NCBI GenBank assembly: GCA_014729085.1
Contig: WJKM01000014.1
Coordinates: 1 to 60,731 of the forward strand
Direction of reading: 5' to 3'
Source: Candidatus Dojkabacteria bacterium
GTDB lineage: Bacteria > Patescibacteriota > Dojkabacteria > B142 > WJKM01
Length of the DNA: 60,731 nt
Part shown: positions 48,398-58,811 of the stretch, in pieces
Layout of the letters: the number at the start of each line of letters is the position of its first letter
Position numbering within the stretch: position 1 is the stretch's first letter
Notes under the pieces: generated by a model
Told to the model about the DNA's origin: nothing
Database searches by the model: none
The model's input: only the letters and a program-made list of their open reading frames with translations
Translations under genes and position numbers: made by a program

Positions 48398-51300
48398 TTA
48401 TTCCACAACTTCAACATCATCTGATTGTTCTTCTGCGTATGATTCTACTATTTCATTTGTAGTAGAAGTTTCATCTATTTGTGTCTCCTCATCGCTTTTA
48501 AACAGATTCTTATTTTCGTCTTCAACATCTGAATCGTTTGAAATTACTTCTAATTCTTTCTTTTTGTCAAATATGATTGTTTCAGGCCCAGCTTGAAGAT
48601 TAGATTCCTCTTCTCCTTTTGTTCGTGCATCTAATTCAGATCCGACAGTTGAGCTAGAAGTCTGACTTAATTGTTTATCTGTATCCTGATCCTGTTTTAT
48701 AGTCGTAGTTTCGCTATCTATAATGACAACTTCTTTATTTTCACTACCTGTACTATTTTCCTGATCTGATTCACTATAACTCGTATTTACGCCCCAAGAA
48801 GAAAAGGAATGCCAATTAAACCAAACATCAAATCTATAACTCCTTTCTAATTGAATACTAAAACCATCCTTAGAAATATCTAATACTTTGTATTTACCGA
48901 CGAAATCAATAGGGGTAACTGTAATGATAGGTTCATATACATATTGATTCTGGAATTTAATTTTAATTAACTTATCACCACTTTTAATAACAGCTCTTCC
49001 AACAGTATCTTCGTTAAACAACACTGCACCTTTCATTTCCACATCTCCTTCAAATACAGCATCACCTAAGACTAGAAGTTCCCCTACCGTAATATTTCCT
49101 AAAATGTTTCCTTGAATCTCATCTCCAGATAATGAACCTTGAATGTTATCACCCATAACAGTTGAAACTTGATTCAAAAACCCTATCTCATGCTCTTCTA
49201 GAGCTCCTACATAAGTTAGATTCACAAACATCATAACTCTACCCTCGCCTAAATTAGTTTGCTCTACTTCTTCGATTGGTTTAGTAAGTTGATCTACGAC
49301 CTTTTCAACTTTCTCTATCTCTTCGATATCTTCTTTTATCGTATCATCTACCTTATTGAACCCGTTACCATAAGAATACAAGTTTTCTTGTAATTCGGAA
49401 TTTTTCTGATCCTTCAATTCCTCAATTTCTTCCATTAATATTTTTTCTCTAACTTTGAGTTCAGAACTTACCTCTTCACTGTCACCGCTAGTATTTTCAT
49501 CAAAATCTTCTAGTGCAATACCAATAATAATAGATGGTTTACATGTTTTTTCTCCGCATTGCTTCATTGCATACCCTGCTTTTGAGGAAGGAACTAATCT
49601 ATCACCTTTTTCAATTGGTCCATTTTCTGTAGTTACTTTCACGGGTACCCTACCTGCAAGAGCAACAGGTCTCATCTTGTCAACCTGATCTTCTTCCTCT
49701 ATCAGATCTGACAAGGTAATACCTGGATTACTTGAAACTACACCTATAACACTACTTTGATAACTGTATTTGGTCTTATCAAGTATTATTCCTGAACCAT
49801 AAATTGGAGCAACAACATCACCAGCAGAAATCGAGTCATTCATAACTTTATATTTCTCGGATAGATTCCTATTTCCAATCGTTGTAGAATCTGAGTGATA
49901 CTGATTTGCATATACATTGTTGAAGCTTTTCTCTTTTGAACCAATATTTATACCTCCAACATACTCTCCTTCAGCTTCATCATATTCCGCTATATCAGAA
50001 GGCAAAAGGTCCTGATAAACCATACCGTCATTTGGATCATAAAAAGCTGTTCCTACGAATATCATTACCGTATCATCGCCTTTGTCAGGATCCCATCTTT
50101 CCAAAGCCTTACCTATGACAATTCCAGGTTTATCTGCCTTCATAGCAAAGCCAGATGTATCCGAACTTGTCACATAATCTCCGACCTCAATAGGCTTTGA
50201 ATCCGATACTACCTTTACAGGAACTCTACCAGAAAGAGCAACTAAAACAGGTCTTCCTTCCTTTATGCCTCCATCATTTCCAATAACTTTTGCTGGCTTT
50301 GTAGAAACTACACCTATCAAACTATTCTCATATTCCATTTTACTCTTCCTAACTCCTGCTTCAATTGTTCCATCTATTGCCAAAACATCCCCAGCCTCAA
50401 CACCTTCGTCATTTGTGTAGTAAATTTCAGCTAAATCAGCCCCAGCTGCAAGAACCTTTTGAATTGTTAAAGAGGTCCCGCCTGAAATTGTCGTTAAAAC
50501 ACCTTGCCCTCCACTTTCACGTATTGCTTGTAATCTTATATCATCTCCACTATTTAAATCTAGAACCACCGTCCTTCCGCAACTGTTTTCCCCATTATTA
50601 CCGTCCTCGCTATAGACATAACAAGTAGATGCATCTACATCTGAAAAACCTGTTCCTGTATCTACTTGTAACCATACAGCACCATTTGTTTCTGTATTAC
50701 CACCAGTTTGATCAATACCAAAATCGAAAGTAACTTCATATAAGCCATCTGAGTTAACTGTAACCTCATCATTTGCTAATGTATAGTTTGAGTTACTTTG
50801 TCTCTCTGTATCAATATTTATAACAGTAGGCTGATTATCCAAATCTTGGCCTCCTGCATTATCGTATCCATCCCATACAAACCCTTGCCCAGTTCCGCAC
50901 TGTAAATCCCCATCTGCATCAGAATATATCAGATCACAACTTGCTAAGCTTGTTATTCTTGCATTCCCTTCCACATGCAACTCACTGTTTGGTGTTGTAG
51001 TACCTATACCAAGCTTTCCACTGGAATCTATTACAACTGGACTTGTATCAGAAACTTCGTCATTAAATCTTATACTCCCAGTTCCCTCATTAGTGATTGT
51101 AAAAGAAGGATTATCAACATTATCTAAGGAATAATCAAAGCCTCCGTTATCTGCAATAGTTAAGAAGTCCGTATCATTATCTTGCAAAACAAAATCGCCT
51201 GTTGACTGAAGATCAAATACAACATTACCAGTACTTGAAGATGCAAACTCAAGCCCATCTACATCCTCTATATTCATAACTTTGTCTCCATCGTTGTAGT

Positions 51301-53017
51301 AAACATTATCAAGAGTTGCTTGAGAGGCAAGAGTACTCCCCCCAATTTTTTCTATTTGTGTCCAAGACTGATTGCTAATTGTATTAGCAGCACTTACTCC
51401 AACGTCCTCTCCTTCCCCATTACACATTACTTCATAATATTCGTCTCCTGAAGTTGTTTCGAAAATTAAACTAGTGGAATTTGTAGCCCACTCATCTACA
51501 TTATCAAAAGAAAAAGAATACGAGTCGGATGGAGTAACATAATTTGATCCATTAAGCCTAACTCTACAGCGAATATTTTTCTTCCTATTATTAGATTGAT
51601 TTTCATGGGATATACTATAATCAACTCTATACCAACCAGCTTCATCCATATATACACGAGAATTATTTATAGTATTATTATGAGTAATTCCAGAATCCTT
51701 TCTAACTTCTTGATTCCAAGAAATTGCAACCGGAGTTGCTAAATTTAGATCTTGACCGCCAGCACTATCATAAAACTCACCTAAAACGAAAACTGGAATT
51801 GCCGATGATTTTATGACTTCGGTCCAAATGGCAGAACCCGTTGTATTATCAACAAGAATGAATATTTTATCGTCTAATGTATTCACCCAAACAGTTCCTA
51901 CTGCATAACCATCTCCTGCATCTTCATCTACTGTTGGATCAACAGTTGAATCCACTCTTGAAGTAAAATTAAACCACTCATAAACACTTCCCGGTAACTC
52001 AACACAAATATACCCTTTATCATCTGAAGTATCATAATATTGGCGGCCTACCGTACTTGCATCACAGGTTGGAGCTGCTCCTAAATTCTCAAGCCTAAAC
52101 TGCTCTGCTTCATTATTGTAAAAGACTATATTTCCTCCATCTAGCACAGAAAAGACATCTGTACTATCATCTTGCAGATTTAAAATATTGTTAGAAGTTG
52201 TTCCATTGCTTACATCAAGCGAAGCGTTAGGAGTACTATTTTGAATTCCTACATTTCCGTTATTATCTATAACAAACGGAGTACTATCTAGAGATTCATC
52301 ATCAACCTGCAGACTATTACCACTACCCAAATTTTCCACAAAAACAACATCCCCTGTTGAATCGCCATCCTGTTGCTCTATTGACACTAATGCAGAACTC
52401 ATTATATTTGTAGCATCATTTTGTTGAAGAATCTTTAACACTTCCGAAGTTCTATTCCCCGAAGACAAATCCGACTCAATATTTAAAGTTTGGTCATTTT
52501 GTCCCTCAAAAGTATCACTTTCTTTTGAATGCAAGAAATCACTTTCTTCTAGACCTCCAAGAGACTTTGAATTAAATGAATATGGAACTGCCGAAAAACG
52601 CAGTCTTGGATTATCGAATACCTCTTCAAAAGTACCACCAGTATCATCTGCATCCATTGCAATTTCTAAATACAGACTATCATCATTAAAATCAATTGAA
52701 GTTCCAAATGGATTTGAGCTTCCTAGTTTTACATTAATAATTCCGTTTTGGACAGAAACATTGTTCTGAGTTTCTGACCAAAGCAGGGTCCCCCCAGAGG
52801 ATGCATCATAAATTCTGAAATTAAAATTGCAGGTGTTCCCACAACTTGCCTGAGAATTTGTACCATCAAGTTCCACAATTTTGGCCTGGAAATTAATTGT
52901 TTCATAGATTCCAGTCGCTCCAAATATTGTGAAACGGAAACTTAGAAAAAATAGAATTATGAAAAGAATAGAAAGAATATATTGGTTGTACTGTTTATGA
53001 TGTTTATTCAAAACCAT
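48398..53017 (-). CDS. Giant secreted tail-fibre-like surface protein with C1q/BclA-like and peptidase G2-type chaperone modules
   Basis: Signal/TM segment, FRIYDA..GG..LWSE domain, GNVGI/GKLGIG repeats, ADLAEIY..IGVVST.P..VALSGRVPVKV (twice), acidic tail; ATG at 53017 preferred. Confidence 0.75.
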   Translation of the reverse strand: MVLNKHHKQYNQYILSILFIILFFLSFRFTIFGATGIYETINFQAKIVELDGTNSQASCGNTCNFNFRIYDASSGGTLLWSETQNNVSVQNGIINVKLGSSNPFGTSIDFNDDSLYLEIAMDADDTGGTFEEVFDNPRLRFSAVPYSFNSKSLGGLEESDFLHSKESDTFEGQNDQTLNIESDLSSGNRTSEVLKILQQNDATNIMSSALVSIEQQDGDSTGDVVFVENLGSGNSLQVDDESLDSTPFVIDNNGNVGIQNSTPNASLDVSNGTTSNNILNLQDDSTDVFSVLDGGNIVFYNNEAEQFRLENLGAAPTCDASTVGRQYYDTSDDKGYICVELPGSVYEWFNFTSRVDSTVDPTVDEDAGDGYAVGTVWVNTLDDKIFILVDNTTGSAIWTEVIKSSAIPVFVLGEFYDSAGGQDLNLATPVAISWNQEVRKDSGITHNNTINNSRVYMDEAGWYRVDYSISHENQSNNRKKNIRCRVRLNGSNYVTPSDSYSFSFDNVDEWATNSTSLIFETTSGDEYYEVMCNGEGEDVGVSAANTISNQSWTQIEKIGGSTLASQATLDNVYYNDGDKVMNIEDVDGLEFASSSTGNVVFDLQSTGDFVLQDNDTDFLTIADNGGFDYSLDNVDNPSFTITNEGTGSIRFNDEVSDTSPVVIDSSGKLGIGTTTPNSELHVEGNARITSLASCDLIYSDADGDLQCGTGQGFVWDGYDNAGGQDLDNQPTVINIDTERQSNSNYTLANDEVTVNSDGLYEVTFDFGIDQTGGNTETNGAVWLQVDTGTGFSDVDASTCYVYSEDGNNGENSCGRTVVLDLNSGDDIRLQAIRESGGQGVLTTISGGTSLTIQKVLAAGADLAEIYYTNDEGVEAGDVLAIDGTIEAGVRKSKMEYENSLIGVVSTKPAKVIGNDGGIKEGRPVLVALSGRVPVKVVSDSKPIEVGDYVTSSDTSGFAMKADKPGIVIGKALERWDPDKGDDTVMIFVGTAFYDPNDGMVYQDLLPSDIAEYDEAEGEYVGGINIGSKEKSFNNVYANQYHSDSTTIGNRNLSEKYKVMNDSISAGDVVAPIYGSGIILDKTKYSYQSSVIGVVSSNPGITLSDLIEEEDQVDKMRPVALAGRVPVKVTTENGPIEKGDRLVPSSKAGYAMKQCGEKTCKPSIIIGIALEDFDENTSGDSEEVSSELKVREKILMEEIEELKDQKNSELQENLYSYGNGFNKVDDTIKEDIEEIEKVEKVVDQLTKPIEEVEQTNLGEGRVMMFVNLTYVGALEEHEIGFLNQVSTVMGDNIQGSLSGDEIQGNILGNITVGELLVLGDAVFEGDVEMKGAVLFNEDTVGRAVIKSGDKLIKIKFQNQYVYEPIITVTPIDFVGKYKVLDISKDGFSIQLERSYRFDVWFNWHSFSSWGVNTSYSESDQENSTGSENKEVVIIDSETTTIKQDQDTDKQLSQTSSSTVGSELDARTKGEEESNLQAGPETIIFDKKKELEVISNDSDVEDENKNLFKSDEETQIDETSTTNEIVESYAEEQSDDVEVVE

Positions 53018-53161
53018 TAGTTTTAGTTGCAAACAGTAAAATACTTTAAAAAGTGCATATAATATGCTCTTTAGCATAAAAATTTTTCGAAGAAAAGTCA
53101 AGAGGAATACCAGAATAACAAAATTAGTTCAAGCTTGTTTAACATAATGCACTCATTAAAT

Positions 53162-53190
53162 TTGACACTATAACAAAAAGAATTTATGAT
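53162..53190 (+). promoter_or_regulatory. sigma70-like promoter
   Basis: TTGACA-N17-TATGAT. Confidence 0.65.
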
Positions 53191-53271
53191 AGATTAGTAT
53201 ATATTGTTATGTATAAATATGTTATACGTAATCCAATCCATATTTGCACTTTAAATCTTAACCTACTGCCA

Positions 53272-54324
53272 ATGAAAAAGCATTTCGTAGCAAAAAAAAG
53301 TATTGCAGTTTTTACATGTATAGCAATTTTTGTTATGCCCCTTTTAACAGGCTTTCCCAAACATGCTTATGCTGCAACTTTAACAGATGTGTCTGTATCT
53401 CTTACAAACGAATCTGTTTCATCAACAGATAATATCGTAATTACATTTACTCCAAATACTGCAATTTCAAGTGGTTCAATTTTAGAAATAGCTTACGAAG
53501 AAGATTCAGCAGGTCCTGATGGGTTTGATGGAGGAGCGCAACTAACTAATGGAGATGTAGTAGTGACTGGTACGAATATTACTTCTTCAACAGAATCTGA
53601 CTTTGCAGATGGATATTTTAAAAGTACTATTCAAGCATCTGCTAATGTAACCACTACAGTAACAATTACAATAGACGGTGCTAACGAACTAACAAATCCA
53701 ACTGCTTCAGGAAACTTTAATTTCTCTGTATCTGTAGATATAGGAGGTGCAGGTAGTACATATGATTATGGCGCTGGGCTAGCCTATGTTGGAGACGATA
53801 ATGATGTTGAGATTACAGCTATTGTCCCTCCCGTTATTGATATGGAATTATATCAAACTGGAACAGACTCTGAACTTGTTGATCCAAACACATGCAGCCT
53901 TGGAACTCTTTCTTTGAACCATGTAAAAGACTGTGACTATGATTTGGGATATGCTACAAATAATACAGCTGGATTAACAGTACAAGTAGAAAGAGATGGA
54001 TTATTAGATGACGGGCTAGGAAATGATATTAATAATGTAACAGACGGTGCTGTAACTGCAGGTATTGAAGAATACGGCTTTCAAATTACAGATCCTGGTG
54101 CTGGAAATTGTTACACAACATTAACGTCAAGTTATGATGATGGAAGTGATGAAGAAGTTCCAGCAGGGCCAGCTAATTTCTTTATAACCGATGCAACTTG
54201 TAATGGTACTACAGTTGGACAATCAGCTGAACGGATTGAGGTTTCTCATAGGGCGTCAATGGATACGAATACAATCGTTGGAAGTTATGATCAACTAGTC
54301 ACCTATACTGCCTATACAAATTAG
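53272..54324 (+). CDS. Secreted acidic beta-rich surface protein with WxL-like C-terminal domain
   Basis: Signal peptide AYA|A; ends GSYDQLVTYTAYTN. Confidence 0.6.
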   Translation: MKKHFVAKKSIAVFTCIAIFVMPLLTGFPKHAYAATLTDVSVSLTNESVSSTDNIVITFTPNTAISSGSILEIAYEEDSAGPDGFDGGAQLTNGDVVVTGTNITSSTESDFADGYFKSTIQASANVTTTVTITIDGANELTNPTASGNFNFSVSVDIGGAGSTYDYGAGLAYVGDDNDVEITAIVPPVIDMELYQTGTDSELVDPNTCSLGTLSLNHVKDCDYDLGYATNNTAGLTVQVERDGLLDDGLGNDINNVTDGAVTAGIEEYGFQITDPGAGNCYTTLTSSYDDGSDEEVPAGPANFFITDATCNGTTVGQSAERIEVSHRASMDTNTIVGSYDQLVTYTAYTN

Positions 54325-54340
54325 TACTTAATAATTTTTT

Positions 54341-54374
54341 AAAAAAGAACTCTCGACATTGAGAGTTCTTTTTT
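54341..54374 (+). terminator. Intrinsic terminator
   Basis: AAAAAAGAACTCTC-N6-GAGAGTTCTTTTTT. Confidence 0.85.
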
Positions 54375-54418
54375 ATATATTTTAATATACGTATTTTTAC
54401 TTTTTGATTTCTTTTTTA

Positions 54419-55459
54419 ATGATAAAACGATCTACTAGATATATAATAACCATTTTTACAATCTGTATTTTTTACTTATTCTTACTTATAACAAAAACAT
54501 ATGCCTTACCAATTGGACCTGACAAATACTATATAGATGGAATTTTAGGGGAAACTGTAGAAAAAGAACTAACAATTTATGGAAAACAAGATTTAGATCA
54601 AGAACAAAAATTATATATTTCAGCAGTCGGTATGGAAAAAATTGGAGAAGAACATGAAAGGACCTTTTACTATCCTGACCCAAACGACATGTCTGAGCCT
54701 GCAAATTGGATTACAATAAATAAAACAGAAGGTATTATTAGACCTGGCGATACAATCGTAGTACCATGGAGAATCACAATCCCAGAATCAGTAGGTGAAT
54801 GCGGGACTTCCTTAGCAGCTATAATGGTTTCAAATAAACCAACAGAGGATCAACAAAAAACAAGTAAGATTGATGTGGCCAAAGAAATAATTAGCCAAAT
54901 TCATATAAATCTACCTTCTCAAGAAGGTGAGAATTGCGAGGAAATACTTTCTGTGTTTGACTTCTATGTCAATAAGAAAAGCATACTTGGATTTAAAATT
55001 TTCAACTATGATAACGTCCCTTTTGTTACCAAGCTTGAGAATAACGGCAAAAAACTTGTAAAAGCCCCAAAAGGATATATAGAAATCTTTGGAATTGGTG
55101 ACAGAGAAAGTGTTCCCTTTAATGATGCAGAACTAGATGTATACCCGGAGTCAACAAGGAAATTTGAGAATACTTGGCTAGATGAAGAATATCCTCATGA
55201 CGGCAACTTTTTTAATAAGCTTGGCTACGAATTAACTCATCTAAAAATTGGAAGGTATAAAGCAAGACTTGGTATTACAAAAAATGTTGAAACACAAATT
55301 ATTGCTCATGATACTTTTTGGATTATTCCATGGAGAATTGTGCTATTTATTCTGTTTGTATTTGCAGGAGGCTATGGAATTAGTAAAATCGCAAATAAGA
55401 AAAAAGAATCCAAACTGAAGAAAAAAATTAAAGAGGAGATAAAAGCCAAGAAAAAATAA
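54419..55459 (+). CDS. DUF916/DUF3324-like (WxL-interacting-type) membrane-anchored protein
   Basis: Signal peptide, PANWI, N.G...P.GYI, GRYKA, WIIPW followed by C-terminal TM and Lys tail. Confidence 0.65.
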   Translation: MIKRSTRYIITIFTICIFYLFLLITKTYALPIGPDKYYIDGILGETVEKELTIYGKQDLDQEQKLYISAVGMEKIGEEHERTFYYPDPNDMSEPANWITINKTEGIIRPGDTIVVPWRITIPESVGECGTSLAAIMVSNKPTEDQQKTSKIDVAKEIISQIHINLPSQEGENCEEILSVFDFYVNKKSILGFKIFNYDNVPFVTKLENNGKKLVKAPKGYIEIFGIGDRESVPFNDAELDVYPESTRKFENTWLDEEYPHDGNFFNKLGYELTHLKIGRYKARLGITKNVETQIIAHDTFWIIPWRIVLFILFVFAGGYGISKIANKKKESKLKKKIKEEIKAKKK

Positions 55460-55472
55460 ATTAATACACTTG

Positions 55473-56666
55473 CTAATAAGTTCCAATCAGAGTGAATGTA
55501 AGTTCATCTTTATAATCAGATTCTGATGGAGTATTGGTATCTGATTTTGCTTTAACATATAAAGCCGCCCTACCCTCGTAAACAGGGTTTCCTGAAGTAT
55601 TGTAGATATTTTTAGGAGTAGTTGACAAACCACCAACAATGTCTCCTCCGTTTCCAAAACCAGACTCAACATTTAATGGCCCCAACATTGTTTCGTAAGA
55701 AAGATATTCAACTAATCCAAAACCACTTGCAACAGAAGTCAAATCCACATCCCAAGAAGAAATTGTGTAGTTAGTGGTATTACTTCTAAGTCCATTATAA
55801 TCATCTTCGATTTGTACAAATAAACCACCTTCTGCATTAGTACCAATATCAAGCCAAATTAAATTTCCAGCAGTATTTATTATCCCTGGATTAAGCACCT
55901 TTAAATTTACTGAATAAGGACTCATTGTCTCAACAGAATTACCGGTATTATCGGCGATATCAATATCAAAATAAATTTGTGCATTTGCTGTTGTTGCTGT
56001 TTCTGTGGGACCAGGTGGAGACTGAGTAAAATCACCATGCAAAGCTATAGCTCTAATTTCATAAGATGTATTCATTCTTAACCCTAAGATATTAAAATTA
56101 GAAGCTGTACTTTCCCATGAACTTTCTGTTAAAAAATCATTAATATCGTGGGAACTAATATCTTCAACAATAAAAGTAGAGCCATCAATATAACTCCACT
56201 CTGAGTCTCCGACTTCTTTAATTTGGATTGTATACAAAGTATCTGGTGGATTATTTTGTGTATCTATTTCAAATCTTGCCCTATCATAACAACCGCCTTG
56301 CCCACAAAGCATAACCATGCCATCAGGATTCACATCTACATCTGTACACTGAGTAAATCCATCCGTAACAGTTTCAAAACAAGAAATTATTGGGACATTT
56401 GCAACAAGAACGTTTGGTGCTCCAGGAAGAGCTTTGTAATTCGTAGACTCGAATCTATCATCACTTATTGGCTCACCTGCAAGTCCTAGTAACTTATATT
56501 CATCTCCCCCATCATTAGTACCACTCACTCCTCCTGCTGAGCCAAAACTAACTCCTATCATCTTGTAATTTGAAGATTGTGTTTCTTCGGCAGAAATTTT
56601 AAAAACTGATAGAAAGAAAAAAGTGAAAATAACTATAGCAGCGACTAAATATAGAATTCTTTTCAT
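55473..56666 (-). CDS. Secreted beta-rich surface protein with Fn3-like and WxL-like domains
   Basis: Signal peptide, S.NYK motifs, GL..NTSYEIR, TNA.GG, ends SDYKDELTFTLIGTY. Confidence 0.6.
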   Translation of the reverse strand: MKRILYLVAAIVIFTFFFLSVFKISAEETQSSNYKMIGVSFGSAGGVSGTNDGGDEYKLLGLAGEPISDDRFESTNYKALPGAPNVLVANVPIISCFETVTDGFTQCTDVDVNPDGMVMLCGQGGCYDRARFEIDTQNNPPDTLYTIQIKEVGDSEWSYIDGSTFIVEDISSHDINDFLTESSWESTASNFNILGLRMNTSYEIRAIALHGDFTQSPPGPTETATTANAQIYFDIDIADNTGNSVETMSPYSVNLKVLNPGIINTAGNLIWLDIGTNAEGGLFVQIEDDYNGLRSNTTNYTISSWDVDLTSVASGFGLVEYLSYETMLGPLNVESGFGNGGDIVGGLSTTPKNIYNTSGNPVYEGRAALYVKAKSDTNTPSESDYKDELTFTLIGTY

Positions 56667-56740
56667 TTTCAGAATCAAGTCTGATAATATTAAGATAATT
56701 AAATATAAAATAACAGATTCCAAGATACTAATCAATTACT

Positions 56741-57418
56741 ATGAAATCATCGAATCAACATGTTCTAGATAAAAAATTCAAATTACAAATAATTGGTCTG
56801 TTGTGCACAACAATAATTTCTACAATAGTATCAATTCTTCTTTTCTACAACAAAAAAAGCACTCCAGAAGTTTTGGGAGATATTGCAACCCAGGCTAATG
56901 TTTATGGTTGCCGTCTAGATCTAACAGTTAAACCAGAAAAACGAGAAATAAATAATTGGAGTACAGATCTAGATATTGAAATATACGATGAAACAAATAC
57001 TATTCTTAAAGGTACATATTCAACTACAACAAATAATTTAGGAAAGGATAGTACTAATATTTGCGAAGACCTAATCCCCCCAATCTATTTAGATACTGGA
57101 TACTACTATTTTTATATTAAAGGTAAATCACATATTTCTAAAGAATACTCTCTTGTTTATGCATTCGAAAGAGTACTTACAACAATTGATTTCAGTACAA
57201 ATAATAAACTTTTAATTGCAGGAGATACTAATTCTTCCAGAGACGATGAAATAAACTCACTTGATATTACACATTTAATTAGGACGCTTCATAAAAGAAA
57301 CGGGATAGACCCTGAATATAATGATTCATATGATTTGAATTTAGATGGAATAATTAATTTCGATGATACAAATATTTTAATTGATAACTTTTATCTAGTT
57401 GGACAAAACATACATTAA
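56741..57418 (+). CDS. Membrane-anchored protein with C-terminal dockerin type I domain
   Basis: N-terminal TM; GDTNSSRDDEINSLD...DLNLDGIINFDD duplicated Ca-binding loops. Confidence 0.75.
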   Translation: MKSSNQHVLDKKFKLQIIGLLCTTIISTIVSILLFYNKKSTPEVLGDIATQANVYGCRLDLTVKPEKREINNWSTDLDIEIYDETNTILKGTYSTTTNNLGKDSTNICEDLIPPIYLDTGYYYFYIKGKSHISKEYSLVYAFERVLTTIDFSTNNKLLIAGDTNSSRDDEINSLDITHLIRTLHKRNGIDPEYNDSYDLNLDGIINFDDTNILIDNFYLVGQNIH

Positions 57419-58316
57419 AAAATTATTAAAAATTTTTATAATATCGTTTTGGTTTTTATTAATATCTATTAAATATTCGAACGCTGCTACCTTCGAATTG
57501 GTACCCTCAACCGCTATATTTACTGATTGCACTAATACTATACAATTAATCATTGATTCAACTGAAGAAGATGTGAATGCAGCAGATATTGAAATTTTCT
57601 TTGATCCAAAAAGAGTAAAAATACAGGATAGAAATTACATTAAACCAAAAATTCAAATACAGGAAGGAGATGCATTCGAAACTTATTGGGGAAATAAAAC
57701 TAACAACGAGACAGGACAAATACTACTTGCTGCAGGATCTCTCCCAGATCCATCAATAACTTTATCATCAAGAGTAGTATTTGCTGAAATTACTTTTTCA
57801 TATCGCGGACCTGAGGGACACTCCACAACTTTTGAAATCAGATTTAACGGAATTGGGAATACTATTGATAGTAATATTGCAGATACAACTACTGGTAATG
57901 ATCTTCTCACTTCCGTCCAAAATGGAGTTTATTCATTCGTAACAGGGAATAAATGCTTTGAGGACCACCCACAACTCACTCCCTATCCTTTCGATAATGA
58001 GTATACAAGTTCAACAGTCTCTCCCGAATCTACTACAACTCCCACAACTACAGAAATAAATTGCCCCGAATGTCTTCCATCTATTAGTTCAACACCTCCA
58101 AGTGCAACTGAATATATTCAAACTCAAGAACAAATTACAACTAAATGGTATGAAAAATTAAAAAATAGAATGCTAGAGAGTACTCAAACTTCAGTAATAT
58201 CAATTCTATGTTGCTGCCTTACAATCCAAATACCTTTATTATTGATTGTTATTAAAAGAAGAAATAAACAAAAGGAAAGGAAGATTAATTACCACCTTGC
58301 TTCTGAGATAAAATAG
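57399..58316 (+). CDS. Cohesin-domain protein with S/T/P linker and C-terminal TM
   Basis: Signal peptide, VNAADIEIFFDP, G.I.LAA, FAEITF; TM plus KRRNK. Confidence 0.7.
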   Translation: MDKTYIKKLLKIFIISFWFLLISIKYSNAATFELVPSTAIFTDCTNTIQLIIDSTEEDVNAADIEIFFDPKRVKIQDRNYIKPKIQIQEGDAFETYWGNKTNNETGQILLAAGSLPDPSITLSSRVVFAEITFSYRGPEGHSTTFEIRFNGIGNTIDSNIADTTTGNDLLTSVQNGVYSFVTGNKCFEDHPQLTPYPFDNEYTSSTVSPESTTTPTTTEINCPECLPSISSTPPSATEYIQTQEQITTKWYEKLKNRMLESTQTSVISILCCCLTIQIPLLLIVIKRRNKQKERKINYHLASEIK

Positions 58317-58740
58317 CATTTACTACCTTTGAATCTTTTTGCAAATCCTCAATAAATAAAACATGTTCTAAATTAATTCTCATTTCGTTGGATGGGCCAT
58401 GAACCTCCCTGCCCAAAGCAACCAAGGATAATTTTTCTCCCTCCTTCTCATATTCTTGGAGATTCTGTGTTTTTTTGTCGGCCTGAAGATAGTACACATC
58501 ACGTAAAGTAATGAACGTCGAATCAATTCTCGCAACTTTCCCAAAATAAACTTGATTATTATCCAAAAATACCGCTTGATATTCCGACAAATTATCTGAA
58601 GTTAATCCAAGAACTTTCTTCTGTTTATACTCGATTGTTTTTGAAATACCTACATAACCCAGCAATAATGTAGTAATAACTACAGTAATAATAATTAAAG
58701 CAGGACGAATTTTTTTATTATTATTTTTGTCCGAATCCAA
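58285..58740 (-). CDS. Conserved membrane-anchored hypothetical protein
   Basis: TM then YQAVFLDNNQVYFGK..L.DVYYL..L...G.E.HGP..M.IN..HVLFIE.L..DS.V. Confidence 0.75.
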   Translation of the reverse strand: MDSDKNNNKKIRPALIIITVVITTLLLGYVGISKTIEYKQKKVLGLTSDNLSEYQAVFLDNNQVYFGKVARIDSTFITLRDVYYLQADKKTQNLQEYEKEGEKLSLVALGREVHGPSNEMRINLEHVLFIEDLQKDSKVVNAILSQKQGGN

Positions 58741-58811
58741 AACGAACTTATATAATATATAATTTGAATCTAACTAATATTAGAAAGGATTGTAAAACTT
58801 GTCAATATTAT

